From the NCBI GenBank assembly GCA_016931955.1, contig JAFGDV010000037.1, forward strand, positions 1 to 34,585: DNA of 34,585 bases, given 5' to 3'. Below the pieces are notes generated by a model that saw only the letters and a program-made list of their open reading frames with translations, did not search any database and had not been told where the DNA came from. Positions 1-8,777 of this stretch are shown here, one piece after another (the stretch's first letter is position 1; every line of letters begins with the position of its first letter). The DNA comes from Candidatus Altiarchaeota archaeon (lineage in GTDB: Archaea > Altiarchaeota > Altiarchaeia > IMC4 > QMZM01). The translations under genes were made by a program, and so were the position numbers.

Positions 1-1
1 C

Positions 2-394
2 CCTGTTGCTTGGGAGTCTCTGCCTGTGGATGATGTTTTATCGATTGGTTTGGTGAATGAGAGCCGTGTCCTTGATCCTGGTAAAGTATTGAGGTTCTTG
101 GACATTATGGAGAATGAAACATGCACTGATACCCTCATTAATCCCTGCTATAATGCGTCTGATTCAGATACATTTGATATCACCAAGTATGAGTGTAATA
201 AGCACTTTATGGGGGTCGGCGATTATGAGTTCTATTTCACGGTGACGGACTTGGATGATAATATACTGTCTCTGGGGGGCGTTAATTGTTCGACTGGAAT
301 CTCTCCCATGGACTATGACTATTTAACGAATATGAAGAGGTCTGCGGTGTTAGGTGACGATGTAGTAAAGATCTCATTTATGGTGTGGACGTAG
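2..394 (+). CDS. C-terminal part of a putative archaeal pilin-like/minor pilin protein (5'-truncated by the window edge)
   Basis: The frame is open from base 2 (PVAWESLPVDDVLSIGLV...LDPGKVLRF). It ends in KISFMVWT, the same terminal beta-strand + W-x ending as the two vWA pilin-like proteins downstream, and lies 3 nt before the next gene. Confidence 0.6.
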   Translation, partial: PVAWESLPVDDVLSIGLVNESRVLDPGKVLRFLDIMENETCTDTLINPCYNASDSDTFDITKYECNKHFMGVGDYEFYFTVTDLDDNILSLGGVNCSTGISPMDYDYLTNMKRSAVLGDDVVKISFMVWT

Positions 395-397
395 AAG

Positions 398-3300
398 ATG
401 AAAAATAAAGGTTACGCTATCATGATTGATGCGTTGGTCGCGGTTGTTTTTTTGTTGATTATGGTAACCGCCGTCTTCACTGTTGAGCTGTCTAAGACGT
501 CTAAGACCGAAGTAATGTCTTTTAAGGAGCTTCATTATGTCTCTGAGGATGTTCTTGATGTCTTGAACAAGAACGGCGTATTGGATGAGATTGCTACGTT
601 GTGGGCGGCCAACTCGACGCCTGGCTCTGAGGAGATGGAGAATGCGTCGATGATAGCTAAAGACTACTTGGAGAAGACGCTTCCTCCACATGTTGGCTAT
701 AGGTTGATTATTGAGGAGGGTTTGAATTCTGTTGTGGTCAACAGCTCTGATGAGTCCCGTATTTCATGGAATGATTCCTCTACTTCTACTCATTCTACAA
801 GGATCTTGGTCGGCTTTGGGAGTGGTCTGCCGACTTTCGCTCATATCTCGTCCGCTTCTTTGGATTCGTTGACGAGTAAGTCTGGCTCGGATTATGCCTA
901 CTTTGGCGGCTTCGTCGGTCAGGGTAATATCTCCCGCTTCATTGACCTGCCCTCTGACGCTAACATAACGAGGGTGTATTTGGAGCTTAACCCTGGGGAA
1001 GACTTTAAGCTGTACATAAATAACATCCAGTGCCCTGGGCCGGGGCCTGGGGGGATCTTTGACGGCATGGGCTTGGATCTGAGCGCCAGCAAATGGGATC
1101 TGACTTCTTGTAAGAACCTGTTTTCTGCTGGTCGGAATTGGGTTAGCATCAACTTCACCTCCACTAATGAGTATGATTTCGTCGGCGGCGGCTTTCTTAA
1201 GGTGGATTATATTACTGGTGAATGGGATAGGATTCCTGACTTCACCACCTACTGGTTTCCCGGCATCAAGGGTTTGATCAATGTCTACTCTGGATTCTAT
1301 GTCCCTGGGAACCTGAATGATATTGAGGTCTACCTGCACTACTTCCATGATCTGCCTGACGTCAACACATATTTCACCATCGCCGATAAAACAATCTACG
1401 AATCTGATACATTGGGTGAAGTGAACGTTACACTCGATTGGCTTTACTTATCTAACAAATTTGGCGGTCCTGGGCTGCTCGTGTCTGCTCTCAGTAATAA
1501 GACGGTGCCTTTGAAGTGGGGCACTGACGAATTCGCCGTGATGGCCTCAGGTAAAGGAACAGCCGACGCAGTACTGATCACCGACGTGTCGGGGAGCATG
1601 TTTGCTTATGCCTGGAGTTGCGACGTTATCGCTTCATCGTCATGTGATTGTAGCCAGGCTAGTAATGGGAAATATTGTTTTGCTCCTTGCTGTAGGAAAA
1701 GAATCAACGTTGCTATGGATGTTGATAAGGAATTCGTCGAGCAGATACTGAATACGTCTGGGACCAGCGTGGGTCTGGTTTCGTATAACGACAAAGTGAG
1801 GTCTTCGCATTCGTTAAGCATAGACAAAGTATCGTTGTTTACTCAGATAGATGGTTATGATGATTTCCCAGATAGGGCCACATGTATTTCTTGTGGGATA
1901 AATCAGGCAACGGCTATTCTAAAGCCCGTGACGGTGGTTTCTTATAATTTTGTCTCTGAGGGGAGTGTTTGGCGTTATTCTGTTGATTACCCGATTGGTG
2001 AGCCTCCGCTTGATGCTGAAGGGGATCCTTGGACGAATATCACTTATAATGATTCAGACTGGAGTGAAGGCGATGCGATTCTTGGTTTTGAAAGCATCCC
2101 TTATGCTCCAAACGTCGACACTGATATAGGAAATAACTTGAATGTTCTCCGCCCTAATCTCTGGGATATAGCTGCTGACCTGCCTCAGCCAGTTGACTTC
2201 ACTTCTGGATTGAATTCCTCAGGCAACACCTTCGGCCCGGATGCGGGAGACGACGGCTGGGACAATGAGACGGGAGTATATGGTGGCACGGGGACGAATG
2301 TTATCTTTACTAGTAATCAGTATCTAAGGGTAGACGCTTATGGGCGTACTGGAGGTGTTGGAAGAGCTGCTAGCGGAGCCTATGGAGTCCAGTTCAACAT
2401 AACTCAGGCCATGCTTGATACTCTCCAAGGCGGCGGAACTGCAGAGTTTTCCTTCAGGTGGCGCGCTGACCAGGCAGGGCTTTCAGGAGGTGAATGGTAC
2501 ACCATACATGCTAGATTTGGTAATAGTAGCGTTATGAACGATTTTATCTTGTATGGTCCAGGTAATGGAGATAATCTGGCTTGGACTACTTGGAGCGTTG
2601 ATGTTGGAAACCACATACAGGGTGTGGGATCGTATTATCTGGATTTTGGCGTCTATATAACCAGTTGTGGTAATAATTTAGACCATGTAGCGGTCGACTT
2701 CGACGACGTCGACTTGGTTATAACGAATGAGACTGGGAACTATTTCTTCCGCAAGGAGTTTAATGTGAGTAATGCGAAAAAGATCGTCAAGGCGAAACTG
2801 CATGTGCTCTCAGATGACCGAGCAGATGTGTACCTGAATGGCAGGCTCATAGACAGCGACTCGACAGAACATAATGCTGTATACTGGAACAGGGGCCCCA
2901 TAGAGGTTAATAAGACATATTTCGTCACAGGGAACAACGTGTTAGCGGTTAAACTATACAACAACGACCCAATTGCTGCGAAATTCGACCTAAAACTCAA
3001 CTACACAAACGACACAAAGAAAAAAGCCATGCTCGTGATGAGCGATGGAATAGCTAATACCCTACTTGACGGAACACGGATTTTGGTTGAGGGTTGTGAT
3101 AAACCTGCTTCAGTGGAAGCAGTAAACAAGGCATGCGAAGCCCGACAATACGGCATTGACGTCTATTCGGTAGCATTCGGATCCGGCGCGGATCCGTGCA
3201 CACTGAAGAAGATAGCGTGCTGGAATTGCAGCGCATGTGTCCCGACAGCCAACCCGAATAATCCTAACTGCTGGCTTTCAGGTGAAAGCTATACTACTTG

Positions 3301-4183
3301 TTCTCGTTTTTACAGTAGTAATGATGCGGATGAGCTTAAGAAGATCTATGGAGAGATCGCTAACAAGATAGCGAATGCCACCATTGAGTTGCAGATGATC
3401 AAAATAACCTTCGGCGAAGTCTCATTGGAGAACATACTCTACCCGGACTCGTACATAAAATACAGGGTAGGGGTTCCGCCGATGCTGAAGCCAGGAGAGA
3501 CATTGATCAACCTGGAAAGCACGAGATTCGGTAACACGATAAGCACTGGATCATTCACTGTGCCCGCCAAGACAAGGCCGATAGAGGCGAAGGTCACATC
3601 ATATTCAGGACCCTATTGGACCAAAAGCCTGAGGATCAATAGTTCAAGTACGTCAGGCTGGCATGAGGTCTACAACCTGACAGATGAATACGGCAACGAC
3701 TACATAACATTAGGCGACCCCTACATGATAAACATCCCAGCAAGCGACGTAGGAGTTGGAGACAACTTAGTGGAGATAAAAACAGGCGCCAACAGCAGCC
3801 ATGACGCCGGAGGCTCAGTAGATGACAAAGTTCTCTACTCCATAGCCATGAATACCTACACGGGCGTCGGAGAACCGAAGCCAAGCTCAGTCGGCTGCAA
3901 CTGGACGGTGGAGTTCTTCGACGGAACAAATGCTACCCTGATGGCCCCCTACAACTACAATGGACTGAAAAGATGCAACTACACCAGCCACAACATCTCC
4001 TACGACAAAACAAGCTCCGTGGATGATGCAGTTTATCGGCTGTTCACCCAACTGGATGAAGACGGCGACCATATGTTAGACGTGAAATTCGACCCAAACA
4101 GTGTCATAGTAGACACGAGAACCATTGGGGGCATAAGGTCTCTGTGGGGTCCTATACGGGTTAAACTGGAGCTATGGACCTAA
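398..4183 (+). CDS. Giant type IV pilin-like vWA adhesin (paralog A, 1261 aa) with carbohydrate-binding-like insertions
   Basis: Class III-like signal MKNKG|YAIMIDALVAVVFLLIMV. vWA MIDAS elements DVSGS, T(CISCG) and MLVMSDG. A W-R-Y...WxxxxYNDSDW...FRKEF...SDDRADVYLNG...GNNVLAV jelly-roll motif lies inside the vWA. Many N-x-S/T sequons. Confidence 0.8.
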   Translation: MKNKGYAIMIDALVAVVFLLIMVTAVFTVELSKTSKTEVMSFKELHYVSEDVLDVLNKNGVLDEIATLWAANSTPGSEEMENASMIAKDYLEKTLPPHVGYRLIIEEGLNSVVVNSSDESRISWNDSSTSTHSTRILVGFGSGLPTFAHISSASLDSLTSKSGSDYAYFGGFVGQGNISRFIDLPSDANITRVYLELNPGEDFKLYINNIQCPGPGPGGIFDGMGLDLSASKWDLTSCKNLFSAGRNWVSINFTSTNEYDFVGGGFLKVDYITGEWDRIPDFTTYWFPGIKGLINVYSGFYVPGNLNDIEVYLHYFHDLPDVNTYFTIADKTIYESDTLGEVNVTLDWLYLSNKFGGPGLLVSALSNKTVPLKWGTDEFAVMASGKGTADAVLITDVSGSMFAYAWSCDVIASSSCDCSQASNGKYCFAPCCRKRINVAMDVDKEFVEQILNTSGTSVGLVSYNDKVRSSHSLSIDKVSLFTQIDGYDDFPDRATCISCGINQATAILKPVTVVSYNFVSEGSVWRYSVDYPIGEPPLDAEGDPWTNITYNDSDWSEGDAILGFESIPYAPNVDTDIGNNLNVLRPNLWDIAADLPQPVDFTSGLNSSGNTFGPDAGDDGWDNETGVYGGTGTNVIFTSNQYLRVDAYGRTGGVGRAASGAYGVQFNITQAMLDTLQGGGTAEFSFRWRADQAGLSGGEWYTIHARFGNSSVMNDFILYGPGNGDNLAWTTWSVDVGNHIQGVGSYYLDFGVYITSCGNNLDHVAVDFDDVDLVITNETGNYFFRKEFNVSNAKKIVKAKLHVLSDDRADVYLNGRLIDSDSTEHNAVYWNRGPIEVNKTYFVTGNNVLAVKLYNNDPIAAKFDLKLNYTNDTKKKAMLVMSDGIANTLLDGTRILVEGCDKPASVEAVNKACEARQYGIDVYSVAFGSGADPCTLKKIACWNCSACVPTANPNNPNCWLSGESYTTCSRFYSSNDADELKKIYGEIANKIANATIELQMIKITFGEVSLENILYPDSYIKYRVGVPPMLKPGETLINLESTRFGNTISTGSFTVPAKTRPIEAKVTSYSGPYWTKSLRINSSSTSGWHEVYNLTDEYGNDYITLGDPYMINIPASDVGVGDNLVEIKTGANSSHDAGGSVDDKVLYSIAMNTYTGVGEPKPSSVGCNWTVEFFDGTNATLMAPYNYNGLKRCNYTSHNISYDKTSSVDDAVYRLFTQLDEDGDHMLDVKFDPNSVIVDTRTIGGIRSLWGPIRVKLELWT

Positions 4184-4185
4184 GA

Positions 4186-6045
4186 ATGATACGAATAAAA
4201 AACAGGAGCGGGTATCTGTTCACGATATCGACGATAATCCTGATAATACCACTAGTGTATCTTATCTCCTATTATGGCGGCGTTCAAGAAACCCAGTTAG
4301 ACGATACCTTGGGCAGGATAAGATGTGATGAACTCCACTACTACGTCGAAGATGTTAAAAGGGATATGGGGCGTGCAGTGGAGATATTCGGTAGGAGGGC
4401 GGCAAGTTACGCAATAGACAACGTCGTCAACTCATTTGAGGGTCTTGAGGATTACAAGTTTAATTGCACATCCCGGTGCGGAGTCGACTGCAGTGAGTTC
4501 TCCTTCGAAACAAACGGTTCAGAGGCCGCGATAGCCGAACTGATACTCTGCGGAACACTCCACGGCAGAAATGTGTCTGCCATGGTCAACCACACCCTCC
4601 CCCTCTGGATAGAAAAGATGAGGGAAGAAGGGGCGCGGATGAACTTCGAAGTCGATATCTCAGCTAAAGAGATCCACATAATCCCAATAGATGCCTGGAA
4701 TTTCGCGGTCATGGTAGACAACAAAGTAAGCGTCAGAGACAGAAAAGGACTATGCTATTACACGGAAAACATAATCACAGTCCACTCCAACTCCTCGATC
4801 ATAGGCCTACCAGACCCACAATACGTCCTAAATACGAAAGGAAACAGAAGACCAATACAAAACTGCACAAAATCCTCTTTTGGAGTTTTAGAGAATCTAG
4901 TAGGCTCTGCATCTGCGAGCGGTGAGGGAAGCGCTTCAGGTACTACATTCATCTACAGCAGCAATATAGGCAATGTTGCCCAATTGATAAACTACTGTAA
5001 TACTAAGGACCCTGATGAATTAAGCCAAGAAATTTTTGTTATGGATATTGCAGGTGGAATAGTCTGCAACAGCCCTTTATGGCGGGCCTGTTTTAACGCA
5101 ACCTCTCCAAGACACTTTGCAGCTGTGATAGACTATGGTCCAGCAAACACATGTGATATGTGTCCTGGGATGGTACCTCGTATCTGTGATACGGGCAGTC
5201 TTAATCTGCCTAATGGGGATTGTATTATGATAATAAGCAATGATACGTGTGTTCCTCCGATTCATGCGGTTGTTATGGGTCTGGATTTTGATTCACTCAA
5301 CACGTCCTGTTATTATGTCAGCGACGTCAGCGGAAACTATGATGGGGATTGTGGGTTTGATACCCCCAATGGGGGGTCGTTCTTCGACCGCCTTGACGGG
5401 AACATGAATCTCTCAGAGAAATACGTGAACCAATCCCTTAAGTATTTTAACAACCCGCTCATCGGCATGGAATCCTTCGTAAGCCTGCACGATCTGAGTA
5501 GTCTAAAGGGGGGAGGACATGACGTTAAAGTGAACTTCAGCAGCACGTGGGTGGACTACCTCTACTGGCAGGACGTTGGAGGATGCGGGGTCATGGCCTT
5601 CTGCGGCGAAGAAGAGGAGAAATTCAAACTAGACTGTGCCCACGCACACGGCTACCGCATAGACACAAGCTGTGAAAGCGTCACCGGTTGCCCCCGATGC
5701 CCTGTGACTGCAGCTTTGATACGATGCGGTATGGAAAATCCGCCTGGCTCCGGAAACTATGATGTAAAATTCACTCTTCAGATTACTGATGTGTGGGCTA
5801 CTTCAATGGATCTATTAGAAAATCCTGTGATGGGATTAGAGATAAATGGCAATCCTTCATCTTTTACTATGGATAAAGTAGTTGGTGAAACAGGTAAATA
5901 CGAGCACATAGAGACAGGTCTTGCAGGGAATGATAGAGTAAAAGGTAATGTAACTATAAGGGAGATAATCTGTCCTTTGGTTGAAAACTCAACAGATAAT
6001 AGTCGGATAACACAGCCGGGTTTCAATCACCCATCGTGTCCATAG
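4186..6045 (+). CDS. Large Cys-rich pilin-like protein (paralog B)
   Basis: MIRIKNRSG|YLFTISTIILIIPLVYL class III-like N-terminus, followed by a long helix and a Cys-rich extracellular region with SFFDRLDGN and WVDYLYW motifs. Start placed at ATG 4186, just after the upstream stop (the ORF track gives 4174). Confidence 0.75.
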   Translation: MIRIKNRSGYLFTISTIILIIPLVYLISYYGGVQETQLDDTLGRIRCDELHYYVEDVKRDMGRAVEIFGRRAASYAIDNVVNSFEGLEDYKFNCTSRCGVDCSEFSFETNGSEAAIAELILCGTLHGRNVSAMVNHTLPLWIEKMREEGARMNFEVDISAKEIHIIPIDAWNFAVMVDNKVSVRDRKGLCYYTENIITVHSNSSIIGLPDPQYVLNTKGNRRPIQNCTKSSFGVLENLVGSASASGEGSASGTTFIYSSNIGNVAQLINYCNTKDPDELSQEIFVMDIAGGIVCNSPLWRACFNATSPRHFAAVIDYGPANTCDMCPGMVPRICDTGSLNLPNGDCIMIISNDTCVPPIHAVVMGLDFDSLNTSCYYVSDVSGNYDGDCGFDTPNGGSFFDRLDGNMNLSEKYVNQSLKYFNNPLIGMESFVSLHDLSSLKGGGHDVKVNFSSTWVDYLYWQDVGGCGVMAFCGEEEEKFKLDCAHAHGYRIDTSCESVTGCPRCPVTAALIRCGMENPPGSGNYDVKFTLQITDVWATSMDLLENPVMGLEINGNPSSFTMDKVVGETGKYEHIETGLAGNDRVKGNVTIREIICPLVENSTDNSRITQPGFNHPSCP

Positions 6046-6055
6046 AAGACAAAGA

Positions 6056-8776
6056 ATGGAAAACCGTGGTTACGCTATTTTGTTGGATTCGCTGATGGCG
6101 TTGATCTTGATACTGATTGTGGCGTCGACGGTGATAACCATAGAGCATTCTAGGACCTCACGGACAGAATCGATGGAGTACACGAAACTGCACTACATGT
6201 CAGAGGATGCATTGGATGTGTTGAACAAGAACGGCATATTGGATGAGATAGCTACATTGTGGGCGGCTAATTCGACGCCTGGCTCAGAAGAGATGCAGAA
6301 CGCGTCAAATATATCCTCTTACTACCTAGAAAAAATCCTGCCACCCAATGCAGGCTACGCCCTCCTAATAGAAGGGGACGAGATAACCAACTCCAGCGGA
6401 GACCCTCAGAGAATAGTGGAACAAAAAACTTCATCGAAGACCAACTCAGTAAGGCTCCTAGTAGGATACGCCAGCGGACTCCCCACCCGCGGCCTAGTAG
6501 CGAGGGCGGCACTATCCAACATAAAAGAAAAAACGACCTCCAGCTTCCTATACTTTGGCGGATTCGTCGGACAAGGAAACATCTCACAGACGATGACGCT
6601 ACCAGAGAACATAACCATACAGGAAGCCTACATGGAACTCAATGTGGGAGACGGCTTCGACTTATACATAAACGGCAACTTCTGCAGAAACCTTCCAGCT
6701 CCAGGAGCAGTGGGTATGTCAGCTAACATAAAAGAAGACATAACAGCATGCAACGGCCTCATCGATCAAAGAGGGGAAAGCAGTCCAAACCTGTTCGAGA
6801 TAAGATTCACCGGAGACAACATAAGCAGGCAATATATTGGCGGAGGATTCATAGAAGTCAGATACAATACCTCAGAGATGGACACATCCCCTGAAACAGG
6901 ACATATGAGGTTCTATTTCCCCCAGATTGAGGGCATAATAAACTATTACTCATCGTTCTATGTTCCCGGCTGGGTTGATTCGATGACTTCAAACATAAGC
7001 TTCAAGAACAACTACACAACGTTCATGTATATAGGCGATAAACTGGTATTCAGCGTTAATGGAAGCAGCACAGCACAAACTGTTGAGAACTCATCCATTG
7101 AACTGTTGAATCTGCTTGGAGCGTCGGCGGTAAGCGAAAAAACCGTTCCCATAAGGATCGGCACAGGAGACCTCTACTATAGTGTGACAAGAGCATTAGG
7201 TGATGCAGACGTCATACTGATAACGGATCTATCTGGGAGCATGAGGTGGAGAATAGGCTACAATGACTCAACACAGGGCGTGCAGAGGAACTGCGACGAT
7301 CTGCAACTGTACGACAACGACACCAGACGGGTGAGCCTCGCTAAATGCTTGGACAAGGACTTCATTAATGCGATAATGAACACATCAGGGAATAGGGTGG
7401 GTTTGGTCGGCTTCTCAACCAACGTGGATAATTCCCATAACCTAAGCGACAATGAGAGCTCATTGATAGATCACATAAACAATTACTCTGACCTGCCCGT
7501 TGGAGGGACCTGCATATGTTGCGCGATAAACCAAGCAATAGAGCTGCTGCAGAACTCAACACCAACGCGTAGAAAATACATCATCGTTATGACGGATGGA
7601 GTTACAGGATACCATTGCGGCGGATGTTCTCTCACTGCTCCCTGCAACTGCGGCGGAGTCTGCAGCAATACCGTGGGAACGTATGAGTGCGATGGAAACC
7701 CAAGCGACTGTGATGGGACACAATGCGATACAGCCATAAACGATAGCATATGCAGTTCAAAGCGCGCACACGACGTCATGAATGCCACCGTCCATTCCAT
7801 AGGCTTTGGTCCGATAGCCACCGACTGCTCCAACGCAAACAAAACCCTCCTAAGAATAGCGGAGTGTGGTAATGGCTCCTATTATGGGAGTGAGAACGCG
7901 AGCGAGCTCGCTGAAATATATGCCAGCATTGCAGGTTATATCATAAACGCAAGCTACTATTCCCAGACAATAGCCCTCACAGGCACTGGGACAGAAAACC
8001 TGACAGGCTCAATCCTCTATGGATACCCTCAATCTTATCTGGACTTCACCTACACGGCGCCTAATGCTTCCAGGTATGGGCTGATATCGCTCACACAGAA
8101 ATCCGACAGATTCAATGATCCAATAAACTGCGTCGGCCACATCACGATACCAGAGAACGTGAACGTGTCGGAGATGAAGGTGACATCCTACTCAGCCGAG
8201 TTCTGGACAGACTACTTGAGGATAGATAACAGCCTGATCTCGCAGGAGGTCTACAAGCTATGGGAGCAGTATCCAGGGACTCCCTACCCCCTGCTCGGAG
8301 ACCCCTACGTGGTGAACGTACCTAACTCGGAGGTGGTCGTCAAAGCTGGTGTCAACGATCTGACTATCGGAACAGGAAACAGTGAAACGGAGCGCACAAA
8401 CTGCTCCATAGACGACAGGGCGATATATACCCTCTGGATAAGGTCCCTGGTAGGCTACGGCGACATCTACCCCTCCAGTGAAGGCTGCGTATGGGACATA
8501 GAATTCGAGGATGGGAGCTTAATAGATGACCTGCAGATCCCGGCAGGATACGTTGGAAGCAAAAACTGCAGCTATACTTCCTCCCTCATCGGAGGATACG
8601 AGAACGACTCCATAAATGATGCCGTCTATAGGCTGCTCTCCGGACTAGACTTAGATGATGATGGGATGGTTGACATACTCATAGACCCCTCCCTGATAGA
8701 GTTCAAGACGATGAGCACTGGAGGCGTCAGGTCCCTGTGGGGTCCGGTTGCAGTCAAACTTGTGGTCTGGATGTAA
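6056..8776 (+). CDS. Giant type IV pilin-like vWA adhesin (paralog A', 906 aa)
   Basis: MENRG|YAILLDSLMALILILIV. vWA motifs DLSGS, TCICC and IIVMTDG. Colinear with 398..4183 (LHYxSEDxLDVLNKNG, YFGGFVGQGNIS, GGxRSLWGP). Confidence 0.8.
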   Translation: MENRGYAILLDSLMALILILIVASTVITIEHSRTSRTESMEYTKLHYMSEDALDVLNKNGILDEIATLWAANSTPGSEEMQNASNISSYYLEKILPPNAGYALLIEGDEITNSSGDPQRIVEQKTSSKTNSVRLLVGYASGLPTRGLVARAALSNIKEKTTSSFLYFGGFVGQGNISQTMTLPENITIQEAYMELNVGDGFDLYINGNFCRNLPAPGAVGMSANIKEDITACNGLIDQRGESSPNLFEIRFTGDNISRQYIGGGFIEVRYNTSEMDTSPETGHMRFYFPQIEGIINYYSSFYVPGWVDSMTSNISFKNNYTTFMYIGDKLVFSVNGSSTAQTVENSSIELLNLLGASAVSEKTVPIRIGTGDLYYSVTRALGDADVILITDLSGSMRWRIGYNDSTQGVQRNCDDLQLYDNDTRRVSLAKCLDKDFINAIMNTSGNRVGLVGFSTNVDNSHNLSDNESSLIDHINNYSDLPVGGTCICCAINQAIELLQNSTPTRRKYIIVMTDGVTGYHCGGCSLTAPCNCGGVCSNTVGTYECDGNPSDCDGTQCDTAINDSICSSKRAHDVMNATVHSIGFGPIATDCSNANKTLLRIAECGNGSYYGSENASELAEIYASIAGYIINASYYSQTIALTGTGTENLTGSILYGYPQSYLDFTYTAPNASRYGLISLTQKSDRFNDPINCVGHITIPENVNVSEMKVTSYSAEFWTDYLRIDNSLISQEVYKLWEQYPGTPYPLLGDPYVVNVPNSEVVVKAGVNDLTIGTGNSETERTNCSIDDRAIYTLWIRSLVGYGDIYPSSEGCVWDIEFEDGSLIDDLQIPAGYVGSKNCSYTSSLIGGYENDSINDAVYRLLSGLDLDDDGMVDILIDPSLIEFKTMSTGGVRSLWGPVAVKLVVWM

Positions 8777-8777
8777 G

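Noticed and set aside
1927-3012. Intein as the explanation for the insertion in paralog A
   Set aside because: No C/S start with HN-C/S/T end and no LAGLIDADG motifs; the insert looks like extracellular beta domains.
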